Source of the DNA: Natrialbaceae archaeon
GTDB lineage: Archaea > Halobacteriota > Halobacteria > Halobacteriales > Natrialbaceae
Assembly (NCBI GenBank): GCA_035269625.1
Contig: DATFIX010000311.1
Location: 1-44,193 of the forward strand
Reading direction: 5' to 3'
DNA: 44,193 nt
Positions 1 to 9,675 of the stretch are shown here, piece after piece. Below the pieces are notes generated by a model. It saw only the letters and a program-made list of their open reading frames with translations, had not been told where the DNA came from and did no database searches. Within the stretch, counting starts at the first letter, position 1. The number at the start of each line of letters is the position of its first letter. A program made the position numbers and the translations under genes.

Positions 1-1
1 G

Positions 2-544
2 CGCGAGAAGAACGTCGTGGTGGTGAACATCCGCGACGTGTCGGGGTCGATGCGCGAGCAGAAGCGCGAACTCGTCGAACGCGTGTTCACGCCGCTGGAC
101 TGGTACCTCCAGGGCAAGTACGACAACGCCGAGTTCCGCTACGTCGCCCACGACGCCGAGGCGTGGGAGGTCGAGCGCGAGGAGTTCTTCGGCATCCGGT
201 CGGGCGGCGGGACGAAGATTTCGACGGCCTACGAACTGGCCAACGAGATCCTCGAGGAGTACCCCTGGAGCGAGTGGAACCGGTACGTGTTCGCGGCCGG
301 CGACAGCGAGAACTCCTCGAACGACACCGAGAAGAACGTCATCCCGCTGATGGAGGCGATCGACGCGAACCTCCACGCCTACGTGGAGACCCAGCCCAGC
401 GGGAACGCCATCAACGCCACCCACGCCGAGGAGGTCGAGAGCACGCTCGGCGAGAACGACGACGTTGCCGTCGCCTACGTCTCCGGGCCGGGCGACGTGA
501 CCGACGCCATCTACGAGATACTGAGCACGGAGGACGAATCATGA
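2..544 (+). CDS. YeaH/YhbH (DUF444) family protein, C-terminal part; 5' end lies off the window
   Basis: The frame is open from base 2. A vWA-like C-terminal region (IRDVSGSM...[11 protein letters not shown]...AAGDSENS) is typical of DUF444. Its stop overlaps the spoVR ATG (ATGA at 541-544), matching the conserved prkA-yeaH-spoVR order. Confidence 0.8.
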   Translation, partial: REKNVVVVNIRDVSGSMREQKRELVERVFTPLDWYLQGKYDNAEFRYVAHDAEAWEVEREEFFGIRSGGGTKISTAYELANEILEEYPWSEWNRYVFAAGDSENSSNDTEKNVIPLMEAIDANLHAYVETQPSGNAINATHAEEVESTLGENDDVAVAYVSGPGDVTDAIYEILSTEDES

Positions 545-3500
545 ACGGGGACCGCATCAGGAAGCGACGGATCGCCGGCGAACTCGAGAAACCGGTCGAG
601 GAGGCCAACGCCCTCGCCGAGAAACTGGGCCTGGAACCGTACCCGGTCAACTACTGGATCGTCGACTACGACGAGATGAACGAGTTGATCGCGTACGGCG
701 GGTTCCAGCATCGTTACCCGCACTGGCGGTGGGGCATGCAGTACGACCGCCAGCAAAAGCAGGGCCGGTACGGCGGCGGCAAGGCGTTCGAGATCGTCAA
801 CAACGACCGCCCGTCCCACGCGTTCCTCCAGGAGTCGAACGACCTGGCCGATCAGAAGGCGGTCATCACGCACGTCGAGGCCCATGCCGACTTCTTCGCG
901 AACAACGAGTGGTTCGGCCTGTTCGCCGACGAGACGCCCGACGCGGCGGCGATGCTCGAGCGCCACGCGAACACGGTTCAGTCGTACATGCAGGACCCCG
1001 ACGTCGACCGCGCCGCGGTCGAGAAGTGGATCGACAACGCGCTGGTCCTCGAGGACAACGTCGACCAGCACCGCCCGTTCTCGAAGGCCCGCCTGGACGA
1101 GGACGAAGAGCGGGACCTTCCCGACGATCTGGAAGAGAAACTCGAGGAACTCGGGCTTTCCGAGGAGGTCCAGGCCCAGGTGTTCGACCAGGAGTGGCTG
1201 GACGCCCAGGCCGGGGACGACGATAGCGTCTCGTTCCCCGCCGAACCGGAGAAGGACCTGCTCGCGTTCCTGCTGGCCCACGGCAAGGCCTACGACGAGG
1301 ACGCCGGCAAGGCCGTCGAGATGACCGACTGGCAGCGCGACGTGCTCGACATGCTCCGCGAGGAGGCGTACTACTTCGCGCCCCAGAAGATGACGAAGGT
1401 GATGAACGAGGGGTGGGCCTGTGTTACTCCGGATACGCGTGTGTTCACTGCGGACGGGCTCCGGCCGATGGGGGAAGTCGTCGACGATCACCCGCCAGTG
1501 TCGGATGGTGAACGCGAGCGGAGGGTGTACGATTCGAACGTCATTCCCGATCACGATACGGTTACGATCGAAACCCGTCGCGGATTCGAACTGACGGGAT
1601 CGAACAATCATCGCATCCGGCGGCCGAACGGATCGTGGGCCCGGCTCGACGAACTCTCCGAAGGGGACGAAATCGAGGTGTCCGGCGGAAACGATATCTG
1701 GCCCGACGAATACGTCGGCGTCGAGTGGGAGAACCCGGAGCACGTTACCCTGGACGACGTTGCCGATGTGGCAGGCGTGTCAGTCTGGACGGTGATGCGA
1801 TATCGGAAGACCGGGCGTGCGGAAAAGGCCGAGGCGATCGAGCGCGCCCTGTCGCGATACGATGGGCACGACCGAAGTACCCCACAGCGCGATCCGATTC
1901 GCGTTCCGGATCGGGTCGACGAACAAGTCGGCCGATTCTTGGGGTTGTTCGTCGGCGACGGACACCTCCCCTCCAATTCCCGGCACATCGGATTCACCAA
2001 CGGCGACGAGCATCGGGCCCGGGAGTTCGGGAGACTCGTCGAAGAGCTGTTCGACGTCGAACCGACGGTTTCCGAACAAGGGACTCGATGGCGTGTCTAC
2101 GCGTATTCCGAGAGCCTCATGGATTTCCTCGTCGAAACGTTCGATCTCCCATCGGGTTTGGCAGCCGATGAAAAGACCGTTCCGGAAGCCATTCTTCGGT
2201 CGCCCAAGGCCGTCGTCGCGGAGTTCCTGCGAGGCCTGTTCGACGCCGATGGGTACGCTGGCGACCAGGGAGTGATCTTGAGCACGAAAAGCGGGGCCAT
2301 GGCTAAAACCGTCCAGTTGCTCCTCTTGAACTTCGGGATCCTCAGTCGACGTCGCCAGCAGAGCGACGGCTGCTATCACGTCCACCTGACCGGACGATCT
2401 GCGGCGACGTTCGAGGATGAAATCGGGTTCGGCTACCCTGAGAAGGCTATTGCACTGACGGCATATATCGAGGGGTTGGCCTGGTTCGAGGAGGAGTCGT
2501 GGACCGACGAGGTGGTCGCCCTCAGCGAGGGGACCGACGACGTGTACGACATTTCCGTCGAGGAGACCCACAGATATGCAGCCGCCGGCCTCGTCAACCA
2601 CAATTCCTACTGGGAATCGATGATGATGGGCGACGAGGCCTTCGCCGACGCGGACGAGTTCATCGACTACGCCGACCACCAGGCCCGCGTGCTCGGATCG
2701 CCCGGGCTGAACCCCTACAAACTGGGCAAGGAACTCTGGGAGTACGTCGAGAACACGACGAACCGGCGCGAGGTGGTCGAACGGTTGCTCCGTGTCGAGG
2801 GGATTACCTGGCGGAACCTGACCGACGCGGTCGACGTCGACGCCGTGCTCGAACGCCTCGAACCGCCCGCCGCCATCGACCGGATTCATCCCGACGGGCT
2901 GGACGCACTCGAAGAAGTCGACGATCGGTACGTGGATCGCGAGGCCCTCGAACGGGCCCGCGCCGGGGAGATCGACGTGGGTCGCTACCCGTGGAAGGTC
3001 CTGACCTACGACGGCCTGGCCCGACGTCACTACTCGCTCGTCAGGCCACAGAACCGCGGGTTCCTCGCCCGGATCGGCCGGTCGGAACTCGAACGGATCG
3101 GCCGATACGTCTTCGACGTGGACCGGTACGCGACCGTCGAGGCGGCCATCGACGACGTGGAGTTCGTCGCCGGGTGGGACCGGATGCGCGAGATCCGCGA
3201 GAGCCACAACGACGTGACGTTCATCGACGAGTTCCTCACCCAGGAGTTCGTCGACGAGAACGACTACTTCACCTACGAGTTCTCCCACGCGACGGGACAG
3301 CACCGCGTCGCGAGCACGGACTACGAGGACGTGAAGAAGAAACTCCTGTTGCAGTTCACCAACTTCGGGAAGCCGACGGTCGCTGTCTACGACGGCAACT
3401 ACGAGAACCGCAACGAGTTGCTGCTCGGCCACGAGTACAACGGCGTGGCGCTGGACGTCCCGCAGGCAAAGCGCGTCCTGGAACGCGTCTTCGAACTCTG

Positions 3501-3723
3501 GGGTCGCCCGGTCACCCTCATGACCATCGTCAAGCAACTGGACGACCACGAGGTCGAGGTCGCCCGGCGTCGCAACCGCGAGCCGGACCCCAAAGAAAAA
3601 GGCCGACTCATCCGATACGACGGGGACTCCTTCGAGGAGGAGGCACTGCCCTGGGAGACCGTCGAACACCTCGCGGCGGACGACGTCGACTACGACACGA
3701 AACCTGACGAGTGGCTGGCCTGA
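541..3723 (+). CDS. spoVR: SpoVR family protein (about 665-aa extein) interrupted by a 395-aa intein
   Basis: Starts [10 protein letters not shown] at the ATGA overlap with the upstream gene. Carries SpoVR hallmarks ([64 protein letters not shown]...SYWES). The ORF-track start at 163 is an Arg-rich out-of-frame overlap with yeaH. Confidence 0.9.
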   Translation: MNGDRIRKRRIAGELEKPVEEANALAEKLGLEPYPVNYWIVDYDEMNELIAYGGFQHRYPHWRWGMQYDRQQKQGRYGGGKAFEIVNNDRPSHAFLQESNDLADQKAVITHVEAHADFFANNEWFGLFADETPDAAAMLERHANTVQSYMQDPDVDRAAVEKWIDNALVLEDNVDQHRPFSKARLDEDEERDLPDDLEEKLEELGLSEEVQAQVFDQEWLDAQAGDDDSVSFPAEPEKDLLAFLLAHGKAYDEDAGKAVEMTDWQRDVLDMLREEAYYFAPQKMTKVMNEGWACVTPDTRVFTADGLRPMGEVVDDHPPVSDGERERRVYDSNVIPDHDTVTIETRRGFELTGSNNHRIRRPNGSWARLDELSEGDEIEVSGGNDIWPDEYVGVEWENPEHVTLDDVADVAGVSVWTVMRYRKTGRAEKAEAIERALSRYDGHDRSTPQRDPIRVPDRVDEQVGRFLGLFVGDGHLPSNSRHIGFTNGDEHRAREFGRLVEELFDVEPTVSEQGTRWRVYAYSESLMDFLVETFDLPSGLAADEKTVPEAILRSPKAVVAEFLRGLFDADGYAGDQGVILSTKSGAMAKTVQLLLLNFGILSRRRQQSDGCYHVHLTGRSAATFEDEIGFGYPEKAIALTAYIEGLAWFEEESWTDEVVALSEGTDDVYDISVEETHRYAAAGLVNHNSYWESMMMGDEAFADADEFIDYADHQARVLGSPGLNPYKLGKELWEYVENTTNRREVVERLLRVEGITWRNLTDAVDVDAVLERLEPPAAIDRIHPDGLDALEEVDDRYVDREALERARAGEIDVGRYPWKVLTYDGLARRHYSLVRPQNRGFLARIGRSELERIGRYVFDVDRYATVEAAIDDVEFVAGWDRMREIRESHNDVTFIDEFLTQEFVDENDYFTYEFSHATGQHRVASTDYEDVKKKLLLQFTNFGKPTVAVYDGNYENRNELLLGHEYNGVALDVPQAKRVLERVFELWGRPVTLMTIVKQLDDHEVEVARRRNREPDPKEKGRLIRYDGDSFEEEALPWETVEHLAADDVDYDTKPDEWLA
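1420..2604 (+). mobile_element. Intein (Hint domain plus LAGLIDADG homing endonuclease plus HTH module) inside spoVR
   Basis: N-terminal junction is GWA|[13 protein letters not shown] (Cys1). Block B-like LTGSNNHRI. Two LAGLIDADG motifs: [10 protein letters not shown] (1936-1962) and [11 protein letters not shown] (2224-2256). Block F/G is [21 protein letters not shown]|S, i.e. terminal HN with a +1 Ser. Length is 1185 nt, in frame. Confidence 0.85.
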
Positions 3724-3778
3724 TGCTGGCCCGTTGGCCCGCCCGAGCCTTTTGGTCGCACCCGCCGTTTCCGGGTAC

Positions 3779-4174
3779 ATGGAACGGCTCTCGATATCCA
3801 CCGATACCCGATTGACGACCGTCGACGTGACCGACCGAGTCGCCGACGTCGTTCCCGAGGGAACGACCGGAACGTGTACGGTCTTCGTCCCCCACACGAC
3901 GGCCGGCATCGTCGTCCAGGAAAACGAAACCGGGCTCCGTGAGGACCTGGAAACGATGCTCCGGGACGTCGTCGCCGACGACGGGTGGGCCCACGATCGC
4001 ATCGACGACAACGCGGACGCCCACCTCCGGGCGACGCTACTGGGGCCGAGCGTCACCGTTCCAGTCGAGGACGGGGACCTGGCGCTCGGGACCTGGCAGT
4101 CCCTCCTGTTCGTCGAGTGTGACGGCCCTCGTTCTCGAACGATACGCGTGACCGTGACCGACGAGGCAGAGTGA
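3779..4174 (+). CDS. YjbQ/UPF0047 family protein (secondary thiamine-phosphate synthase-type)
   Basis: Family-typical motifs: MERLSISTDTRLTTVDVTDRV...CTVFVPHTTAGIVVQENE...DDNADAHLRATLLGPS...GTWQ. ATG at 3779 is preferred over the TTG at 3734. Confidence 0.8.
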   Translation: MERLSISTDTRLTTVDVTDRVADVVPEGTTGTCTVFVPHTTAGIVVQENETGLREDLETMLRDVVADDGWAHDRIDDNADAHLRATLLGPSVTVPVEDGDLALGTWQSLLFVECDGPRSRTIRVTVTDEAE

Positions 4175-4226
4175 CGAGGCCGTCCACAGGCGCGGATTTA
4201 TCATTCGCGGGTCCCTGGTGGCTCCC

Positions 4227-4931
4227 ATGTCAGTCACGTTCGACTTCACGGACCGCGTCGTGATCGTCACGGGAGCAGGCGGTGCCCTGGGAAGTGCCGT
4301 CGCGGCCCGGTTCGCCGACGCCGGGGCGACCGTCTGCGCCGTGGACCTCATCGCACCGGATTCCGAGGACTCCCTGCTTGCCGATTCGGCCTACGATTCG
4401 TTCTACCAGGCCGACCTGACGATGGAAGAGAGCGTCGACCCGACGATCGAAACGATCGCCGAAGAGCACGGGCGGATCGATCACCTCTGCAACGTCGCGG
4501 GAACCTGGCGGGGCGGGACGCCGATCGACGAGACCGATCTCGAGTCGTTCGACCTGCTGATGAACGTGAACCTGAAGTCGGCCTTCCTCACGAGCAAGCA
4601 CTCCCTGCCACACCTCCAGGAATCCGGGGGGTCGATCGTCAGCGTGAGCGCCCGATCGTCGCTGGAGGGTGGCGAGGGCGACGGCCCATACCGGATCTCG
4701 AAGGCCGGGATTCGCTTGCTGACGGAAACCATTGCCGAGGAGAACCTGGGGACGGTCCGGGCCAACTGCGTCATGCCGAGCGTCATCGACACGCCGACCA
4801 ACCGCGAGATGATGGACCCGAAAGACGAGTGGGTGGATCCGACGGACATCGCCGACGTCATGCTGTTTCTCTGCTCGGACGCGGCCGCCGTCACCAGCGG
4901 GGCCGCCGTCCCCGTGTACGGCGAGGCCTGA
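4227..4931 (+). CDS. SDR family oxidoreductase
   Basis: Rossmann motif VIVTGAGGALGSAVA, NVAG, and a catalytic YxxxK region (YRISKAG). Typical short-chain dehydrogenase length. Confidence 0.85.
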   Translation: MSVTFDFTDRVVIVTGAGGALGSAVAARFADAGATVCAVDLIAPDSEDSLLADSAYDSFYQADLTMEESVDPTIETIAEEHGRIDHLCNVAGTWRGGTPIDETDLESFDLLMNVNLKSAFLTSKHSLPHLQESGGSIVSVSARSSLEGGEGDGPYRISKAGIRLLTETIAEENLGTVRANCVMPSVIDTPTNREMMDPKDEWVDPTDIADVMLFLCSDAAAVTSGAAVPVYGEA

Positions 4932-5447
4932 ACGCCGACGGGTCGGACAGGCGGCGGTTTGTTTGGGTGCCCCTTCAGCGAGAGGCATGCCCTTCACAAC
5001 CGTTCGAAACACGTTTCTCGCTGAATTTCCAGGAAGACCGACCGGATAATGAAATATATCCAAAACTAATCGTTCTGGGAAGCTATAAATTTTGGTATAT
5101 GAATGTATCAAGACCATATTGGGACCATAAACCAGGATGAAAAAATCAAAATTTGCATAATTTTAGCAGAAGAAGAGGGCGGCGATCAGTGCGAAGGGTC
5201 TCGCACGACACTGGACAGCGGTTTTTTGGACTAAAGCGGCGTTGTATGAAGTTTCTCGACAAGGCTTATTCGAATTTCGCTTGCCTCGAATAATCCGCAA
5301 ATAAATAATTTAAATTTCATTTAGTAGGGAGTTTCTAATTGTTTATTGATAATTCGTGCGCCAAGATGGTTACTAGTCACTAACTAAATACTGCAACACC
5401 GTAAATACTATAAGAAAAATCACGGCTTCATCCAGTGAGGTGAGTGC

Positions 5448-6929
5448 ATGGCACAAGAAAGAGAGGAATGGGGCACGCGAATCGGCTTCATTCTGGCTGC
5501 AACTGGATCAGCGATCGGGCTCGGTAACATCTGGCGGTTCCCCTACCAGGTGTACGCGAACGGTGGCGGGGCGTTCCTGCTGCCGTACCTCGCTGCACTG
5601 TTGCTGGCAGGGATTCCCGTCCTGATCATCGAAATCGCACTGGGCGAAGAAACGCAACTAACGACGCCGCTGGCGATCCGCGAGAAGGTCAAAGAGAGCG
5701 AATTTATCGGTTGGTGGGCGGTGCTCAACGGGTTCATCGTCAACACCTACTACGTCGTGATTCTCGGCTGGGCGCTGATGTTCATCTTCTTCTCGTTCAC
5801 GGAACCGTGGGCCGGGGGCAGTACGAACGAGTACTTCTTCAACACGTTCCTCGCCGGGTGGTTCCCGGTCGTGGGGGCGATTCTAGTGTGGGCGATCAAC
5901 TACGGCGTCCTCTGGTTCGGGGTGTCCGATGGGCTGGAACGGGCAAACAAGTTCCTCGTTCCGGGCGTTTGGATCCTCGTAATCGTTCTGGCGATCCGCG
6001 GTATCACGCTCACCGGTGGCATCGAAGGACTCAACTTCTATCTCGAGCCGAACTTCGACGAGATCCTGAACGCAGAGGTGTGGATTTCCGCATTCGGACA
6101 GATTTACTTCACGCTGTCCGTCGCGCTCGGGATCATGATTACGTACGCGTCCTACCAGCCCGAGGGGCAGGACATCTCGAACAACGCGTTCATCATCGCG
6201 TTCGCGAACACCGGGTTCGCGTTCCTGGCCGGGTTCGCGATCTTCCCGGTGCTGTTCGCGGCGTTCGAGAACCCGACCGAGGCGGTGACCGACGGCATCG
6301 GCCTGTCGTTCGTCGTGCTCCCCGAAGCGTTCGCCAAACTCCCTGGCGGCGAGCTTACGGCCTCCCTGGCGGGCGGAGTCTTCTTTCTCATGCTGACCAT
6401 GGCCGGACTGTCGTCGTCGTTATCGCTGCTCGAAGCAGCTGTGGGGCCGTTCCACGAGAAGCTCGATATTCCCCGCCGCTGGGCACTCAACGCTCTCGTC
6501 GCGGTCGGAGCGATATTCAGCGTGGGCATCGCCCTGGAGGGGCCGCTCGGGTTCTCACCCGGTACCCCCCTGGAGATCCTCACGATCCTCGACACCTCTA
6601 GCGCGACGTTCACGCTCCCGCTGATCGCGTTCGGCGAGACGCTCATCTTCGCGTGGGTGTACGGTGCCGATCGCATCCGGGAGACGGCCAACGAGGTTAG
6701 CGACTTCCACATCGGCGTGTGGTTCGACTGGGTGGTGCGGATCGTCGTCCCGGTCGCCCTGGGCTATTCCATTCTCCGCAACGCAGTGGACACGCCCGGA
6801 CTGATCGCGCCGTTCCTCATCATGCTCTCGGCGGTCATCGCCTCGCTGGTCAAGGAACGCCGCGATACGGTTACCGAGGACGTGACCGATTCCGAACCGG
6901 CCGATCCATCGACGGAAGGAGGTGAATAA
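5448..6929 (+). CDS. Sodium-dependent transporter, NSS/SNF family
   Basis: N-terminal signature WGTRIGFILAATGSAIGLGNIWRFPY with multiple TM segments. SD-like GTGAGGTGA lies 5 nt upstream of the ATG. Confidence 0.9.
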   Translation: MAQEREEWGTRIGFILAATGSAIGLGNIWRFPYQVYANGGGAFLLPYLAALLLAGIPVLIIEIALGEETQLTTPLAIREKVKESEFIGWWAVLNGFIVNTYYVVILGWALMFIFFSFTEPWAGGSTNEYFFNTFLAGWFPVVGAILVWAINYGVLWFGVSDGLERANKFLVPGVWILVIVLAIRGITLTGGIEGLNFYLEPNFDEILNAEVWISAFGQIYFTLSVALGIMITYASYQPEGQDISNNAFIIAFANTGFAFLAGFAIFPVLFAAFENPTEAVTDGIGLSFVVLPEAFAKLPGGELTASLAGGVFFLMLTMAGLSSSLSLLEAAVGPFHEKLDIPRRWALNALVAVGAIFSVGIALEGPLGFSPGTPLEILTILDTSSATFTLPLIAFGETLIFAWVYGADRIRETANEVSDFHIGVWFDWVVRIVVPVALGYSILRNAVDTPGLIAPFLIMLSAVIASLVKERRDTVTEDVTDSEPADPSTEGGE

Positions 6930-6931
6930 CC

Positions 6932-7084
6932 ATGGCGGCACTCTCTACCGGCGCACTGATCATGGCGCTGTTCGGATTCGTCGTGCTCTTCGGCGGCCTC
7001 GCCGTCGCCCTCTACGTCGCGATGGCCGGCGGGTTCGAGTACGAGGACGACGAAGAGGACGAAGAGCCGACCGATCGGGCCTGA
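6932..7084 (+). CDS. Small single-TM protein, candidate MetS-like small subunit of the NSS transporter
   Basis: 50-codon ORF starting 2 nt after the NSS stop: MAALSTGALIMALFGFVVLFGGLAVALYVAMAGGFEYEDDEEDEEPTDRA. One hydrophobic helix plus an acidic tail. High GC3. Absent from the ORF track because it is under 60 aa. Confidence 0.55.
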   Translation: MAALSTGALIMALFGFVVLFGGLAVALYVAMAGGFEYEDDEEDEEPTDRA

Positions 7085-7129
7085 AATCGGTCGATCCCCG
7101 CGAGACCGACGTCCCCCGAACCGTCCGGA

Positions 7130-7135
7130 TTTTTT
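7130..7135 (+). terminator. Oligo-T tract, candidate archaeal terminator of the NSS operon
   Basis: T6 run about 45 nt downstream of the small ORF stop, in a convergent intergenic region. Confidence 0.3.
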
Positions 7136-7239
7136 CGGAGCCTCGAAGCCCGATCGGTAGCGAGGCGGCTATCGGTCGGGGTCGTGTTCGGCGCACGAAT
7201 ATCGACGGGACGGTAGCCTGGCTATCGAACAGCCACCCG

Positions 7240-7245
7240 AAAAAA
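7240..7245 (-). terminator. Oligo-T tract (minus strand), candidate terminator of the biotin carboxylase gene
   Basis: A6 on the plus strand equals T6 on the minus strand, about 45 nt downstream of the stop at 7290. Confidence 0.3.
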
Positions 7246-7289
7246 TCGCGTGCGTGTATCGAACCTGCCGAAGCGGCGGGATCCGAGCG

Positions 7290-9143
7290 TTATTCGAGGA
7301 CGACGAGCGGGTCGCCCATGTCGACGCTCTGGTCCTCCTCGATGGGGACCTTCGCGACCGTCCCGCCCTGGTCGGCCACGATGTCGTTCTCCATCTTCAT
7401 GGCCTCGAGGACGCAGACGACGTCGCCCGCTTCGATCTCGTCGCCTTCCTCGACGTTGACTTCGAGGATGGTACCCTGCATCTCGGCCTCGATGACGCCT
7501 TCGCCCGCCGCGGTCGTCGCGCCGCCACCGTCGCCGTCGCCGCCGGCGGCCTCGGGTCGCTGCTGCTGGGCAGCGCCACCGCCAGCACCGCTGATGTCGA
7601 GGCCCTCGAGATCGATCGCGGCACCGCCGCGCTCTTCGAGGTTGACCTCGAAGCGCTTGCCGTTGACCTCGACCGTGAAGTCACGCTCGGTGACTTCCTC
7701 CTCTTCCTCGGGGACCTTCGTCTCGGTGCCCCACTTCTCCTGGGCCTCCTCGATCTTTTCGCGGTCGAGGTGGTCGTCCAGGTACTTCGTGCTGTGGCGG
7801 CCGATGAGGAACTCCTCGTCCTCGAGCATCATCCGGTGGAACGGGATGATGGTGACGACGCCGTCGATGTCGAACTCGGCGAGTGCGCGCTTCGAGCGCT
7901 CGATACACTCGTCGCGGTCCTCGGCGTGGACGATGAGCTTCGCGATCATCGAGTCGTAGTCCGTCACGAGCTCGTCGCCCTGGCGGAGCGCGTCGTCCAT
8001 CCGGACGCCGATGCCGCCCGGCGGGTCCCACGTCTCCAGGGAGCCGCCCGTCGCGGGCGCGAACTCGTCGGCGGCGTTCTCGGCGTTGATACGGAACTCC
8101 ATCGCGTGGCCGCGCAGGTCCACGTCGTCCTGCGAGAAGGTAATCTCGTCGTCGGCGGCGACCCGGAGCTGCCACTTGACGATGTCGATACCCGTCAGTT
8201 CCTCGGAGACGGTGTGCTCGACCTGAATCCGGGTGTTGACCTCCAGGAAGTAGAAGTTCGTGTCGGCGCCGAGCATCTCGCCCTTCTCGCGGTCCTCGTC
8301 CTCCTCGACGAGGAACTCGACGGTGCCGGCGTTCGTGTATTCGGCCGCGCGGACACCCTCGCGGGCAGCCTCGCCGATCTTCTCGCGAAGCTCGTCGTTG
8401 ATGGCCGCACTCGGGCCCTCCTCGATGAGCTTCTGCTGGCGGCGCTGGAGCGAGCAGTCACGCTCGCCGAGGTGGCGCACGTTGCCGTGGTGGTCCGCCA
8501 GGATCTGCACCTCGATGTGGCGCGGGTTCTCGAGGAAGCGCTCCACGAAGACGGAGGGGTTGTCGAAGTACGCCTCGCCCTCGCGCTGGGCGCTCTCGAA
8601 CTTGTCCTCGATCTCGTCCGCGGACTGGACGACCTTGAACCCGCGGCCGCCACCGCCACCCTCGGCCTTGATGGCCACGGGGTAGCCGTGTTCCTCCGCG
8701 AATTCCTCGATTTCCTCGGGGCTCTCGACCGGATCCTCCGTCCCGGGGACGATCGGAACGTCCGCGTCGGACATGATCGAGCGGGCCTCGGTCTTCTCGC
8801 CGAGGGTCTTCATCGATTCGCTCGCCGGGCCGACCCAGGTGATCCCCTCGGTCTCCTCGACCTTGCCGGCGAATTCGGCGTTCTCCGCCAGGAACCCGTA
8901 GCCGGGGTGGATCGCGTCCGCGTCCGCCTTCTTCGCTGCCTCGATCACGGACTCGTGGTCGATATAAGAGTCAGCAGCACGAGCAGGACCGATGTTGTAC
9001 GCCTCGTCAGCGTATCGGACGTGACCCGAATCTTTGTCAGCGTCGCTGTACACCGCTACCGTGTCAATACCAAGTTCCTCGCATGCGCGCATAACGCGCA
9101 CGGCGATTTCGCCGCGATTGGCGACCAGGACCTTATCGAACAT
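7290..9143 (-). CDS. Acyl-CoA (acetyl/propionyl-CoA) carboxylase alpha subunit: biotin carboxylase fused to a biotin carboxyl carrier domain
   Basis: [21 protein letters not shown]...[14 protein letters not shown], an ATP-grasp core, and a C-terminal biotinyl domain with [10 protein letters not shown]. Confidence 0.9.
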   Translation of the reverse strand: MFDKVLVANRGEIAVRVMRACEELGIDTVAVYSDADKDSGHVRYADEAYNIGPARAADSYIDHESVIEAAKKADADAIHPGYGFLAENAEFAGKVEETEGITWVGPASESMKTLGEKTEARSIMSDADVPIVPGTEDPVESPEEIEEFAEEHGYPVAIKAEGGGGGRGFKVVQSADEIEDKFESAQREGEAYFDNPSVFVERFLENPRHIEVQILADHHGNVRHLGERDCSLQRRQQKLIEEGPSAAINDELREKIGEAAREGVRAAEYTNAGTVEFLVEEDEDREKGEMLGADTNFYFLEVNTRIQVEHTVSEELTGIDIVKWQLRVAADDEITFSQDDVDLRGHAMEFRINAENAADEFAPATGGSLETWDPPGGIGVRMDDALRQGDELVTDYDSMIAKLIVHAEDRDECIERSKRALAEFDIDGVVTIIPFHRMMLEDEEFLIGRHSTKYLDDHLDREKIEEAQEKWGTETKVPEEEEEVTERDFTVEVNGKRFEVNLEERGGAAIDLEGLDISGAGGGAAQQQRPEAAGGDGDGGGATTAAGEGVIEAEMQGTILEVNVEEGDEIEAGDVVCVLEAMKMENDIVADQGGTVAKVPIEEDQSVDMGDPLVVLE

Positions 9144-9330
9144 CCTACGCGGAAAATCGCGAGGGCCCTACCTTACTTTATCGATACGCGCCCGAGAGCG
9201 ACGAATCGATCCGAGGAAAACCGTCGCTATTCGATAGACATTCACGACTACAAGTGCGAAAAAAGCCGCTTGATTGGTTGCCGTGGGAACGGAACGCCGC
9301 GGCGTCAGGACGCCGGCGAAGGGGCCCGGA

Positions 9331-9669
9331 TCAGAACCGATCCGCGCGACCGGCGGCCGTCCACGGGTCCCGTGGCGTGTCGAGGGGAACGCGAACGTCC
9401 CGTCGACCGATGCCCGTCGAACGGAGACGGCCCGCGAACGACCAGCGCTCGCCGGCCCAGTCCCGACCGGCGGCTGCAGCGGCGATCGCGGCTGCGGCAG
9501 CCAGTTGCTCCTGATCGTTGAGGTGGGCACCGATGGCCGTCACGATGGCGGCCGCCTCCTCGTCGTCGGCGGTCGGCGGCAGTTCGATGCGGGCGTCGCC
9601 GATTTCGACCATCGTGGGCTCGTCCGGCGTTCCCTCGTCCGTCTCTTTCTGTTGTTGTTCGAGGCTCAT
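9331..9669 (-). CDS. Small acc-operon protein (PccX-like accessory subunit of haloarchaeal acyl-CoA carboxylase)
   Basis: 112-aa ORF starting 6 nt after the carboxyltransferase stop. Acidic N-terminus and an Ala-rich centre ([12 protein letters not shown]...[12 protein letters not shown]), resembling the small protein co-transcribed with pccB in Haloferax. Confidence 0.6.
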   Translation of the reverse strand: MSLEQQQKETDEGTPDEPTMVEIGDARIELPPTADDEEAAAIVTAIGAHLNDQEQLAAAAAIAAAAAGRDWAGERWSFAGRLRSTGIGRRDVRVPLDTPRDPWTAAGRADRF

Positions 9670-9675
9670 AGGACC

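Noticed and set aside
163-540. N-terminal 126-codon extension of the SpoVR ORF given in the ORF track.
   Set aside because: It is Arg-rich and compositionally non-halophilic, and it fully overlaps the yeaH coding frame. The ATG at 541, with its ATGA coupling and the conserved SpoVR N-terminus, is the real start.
7254-9521. 755-aa plus-strand ORF, and similar long ORFs at 9274-11514 (+), 27644-30034 (+), 1780-4056 (-), 23216-25072 (-), 15038-16765 (-) and 14956-16629 (+).
   Set aside because: These are antisense or off-frame shadow ORFs of well-supported genes, which are common in high-GC DNA because stop codons are rare. Their translations are Arg/Gly/Pro/Val-rich with no motifs and lack the acidic halophile composition.
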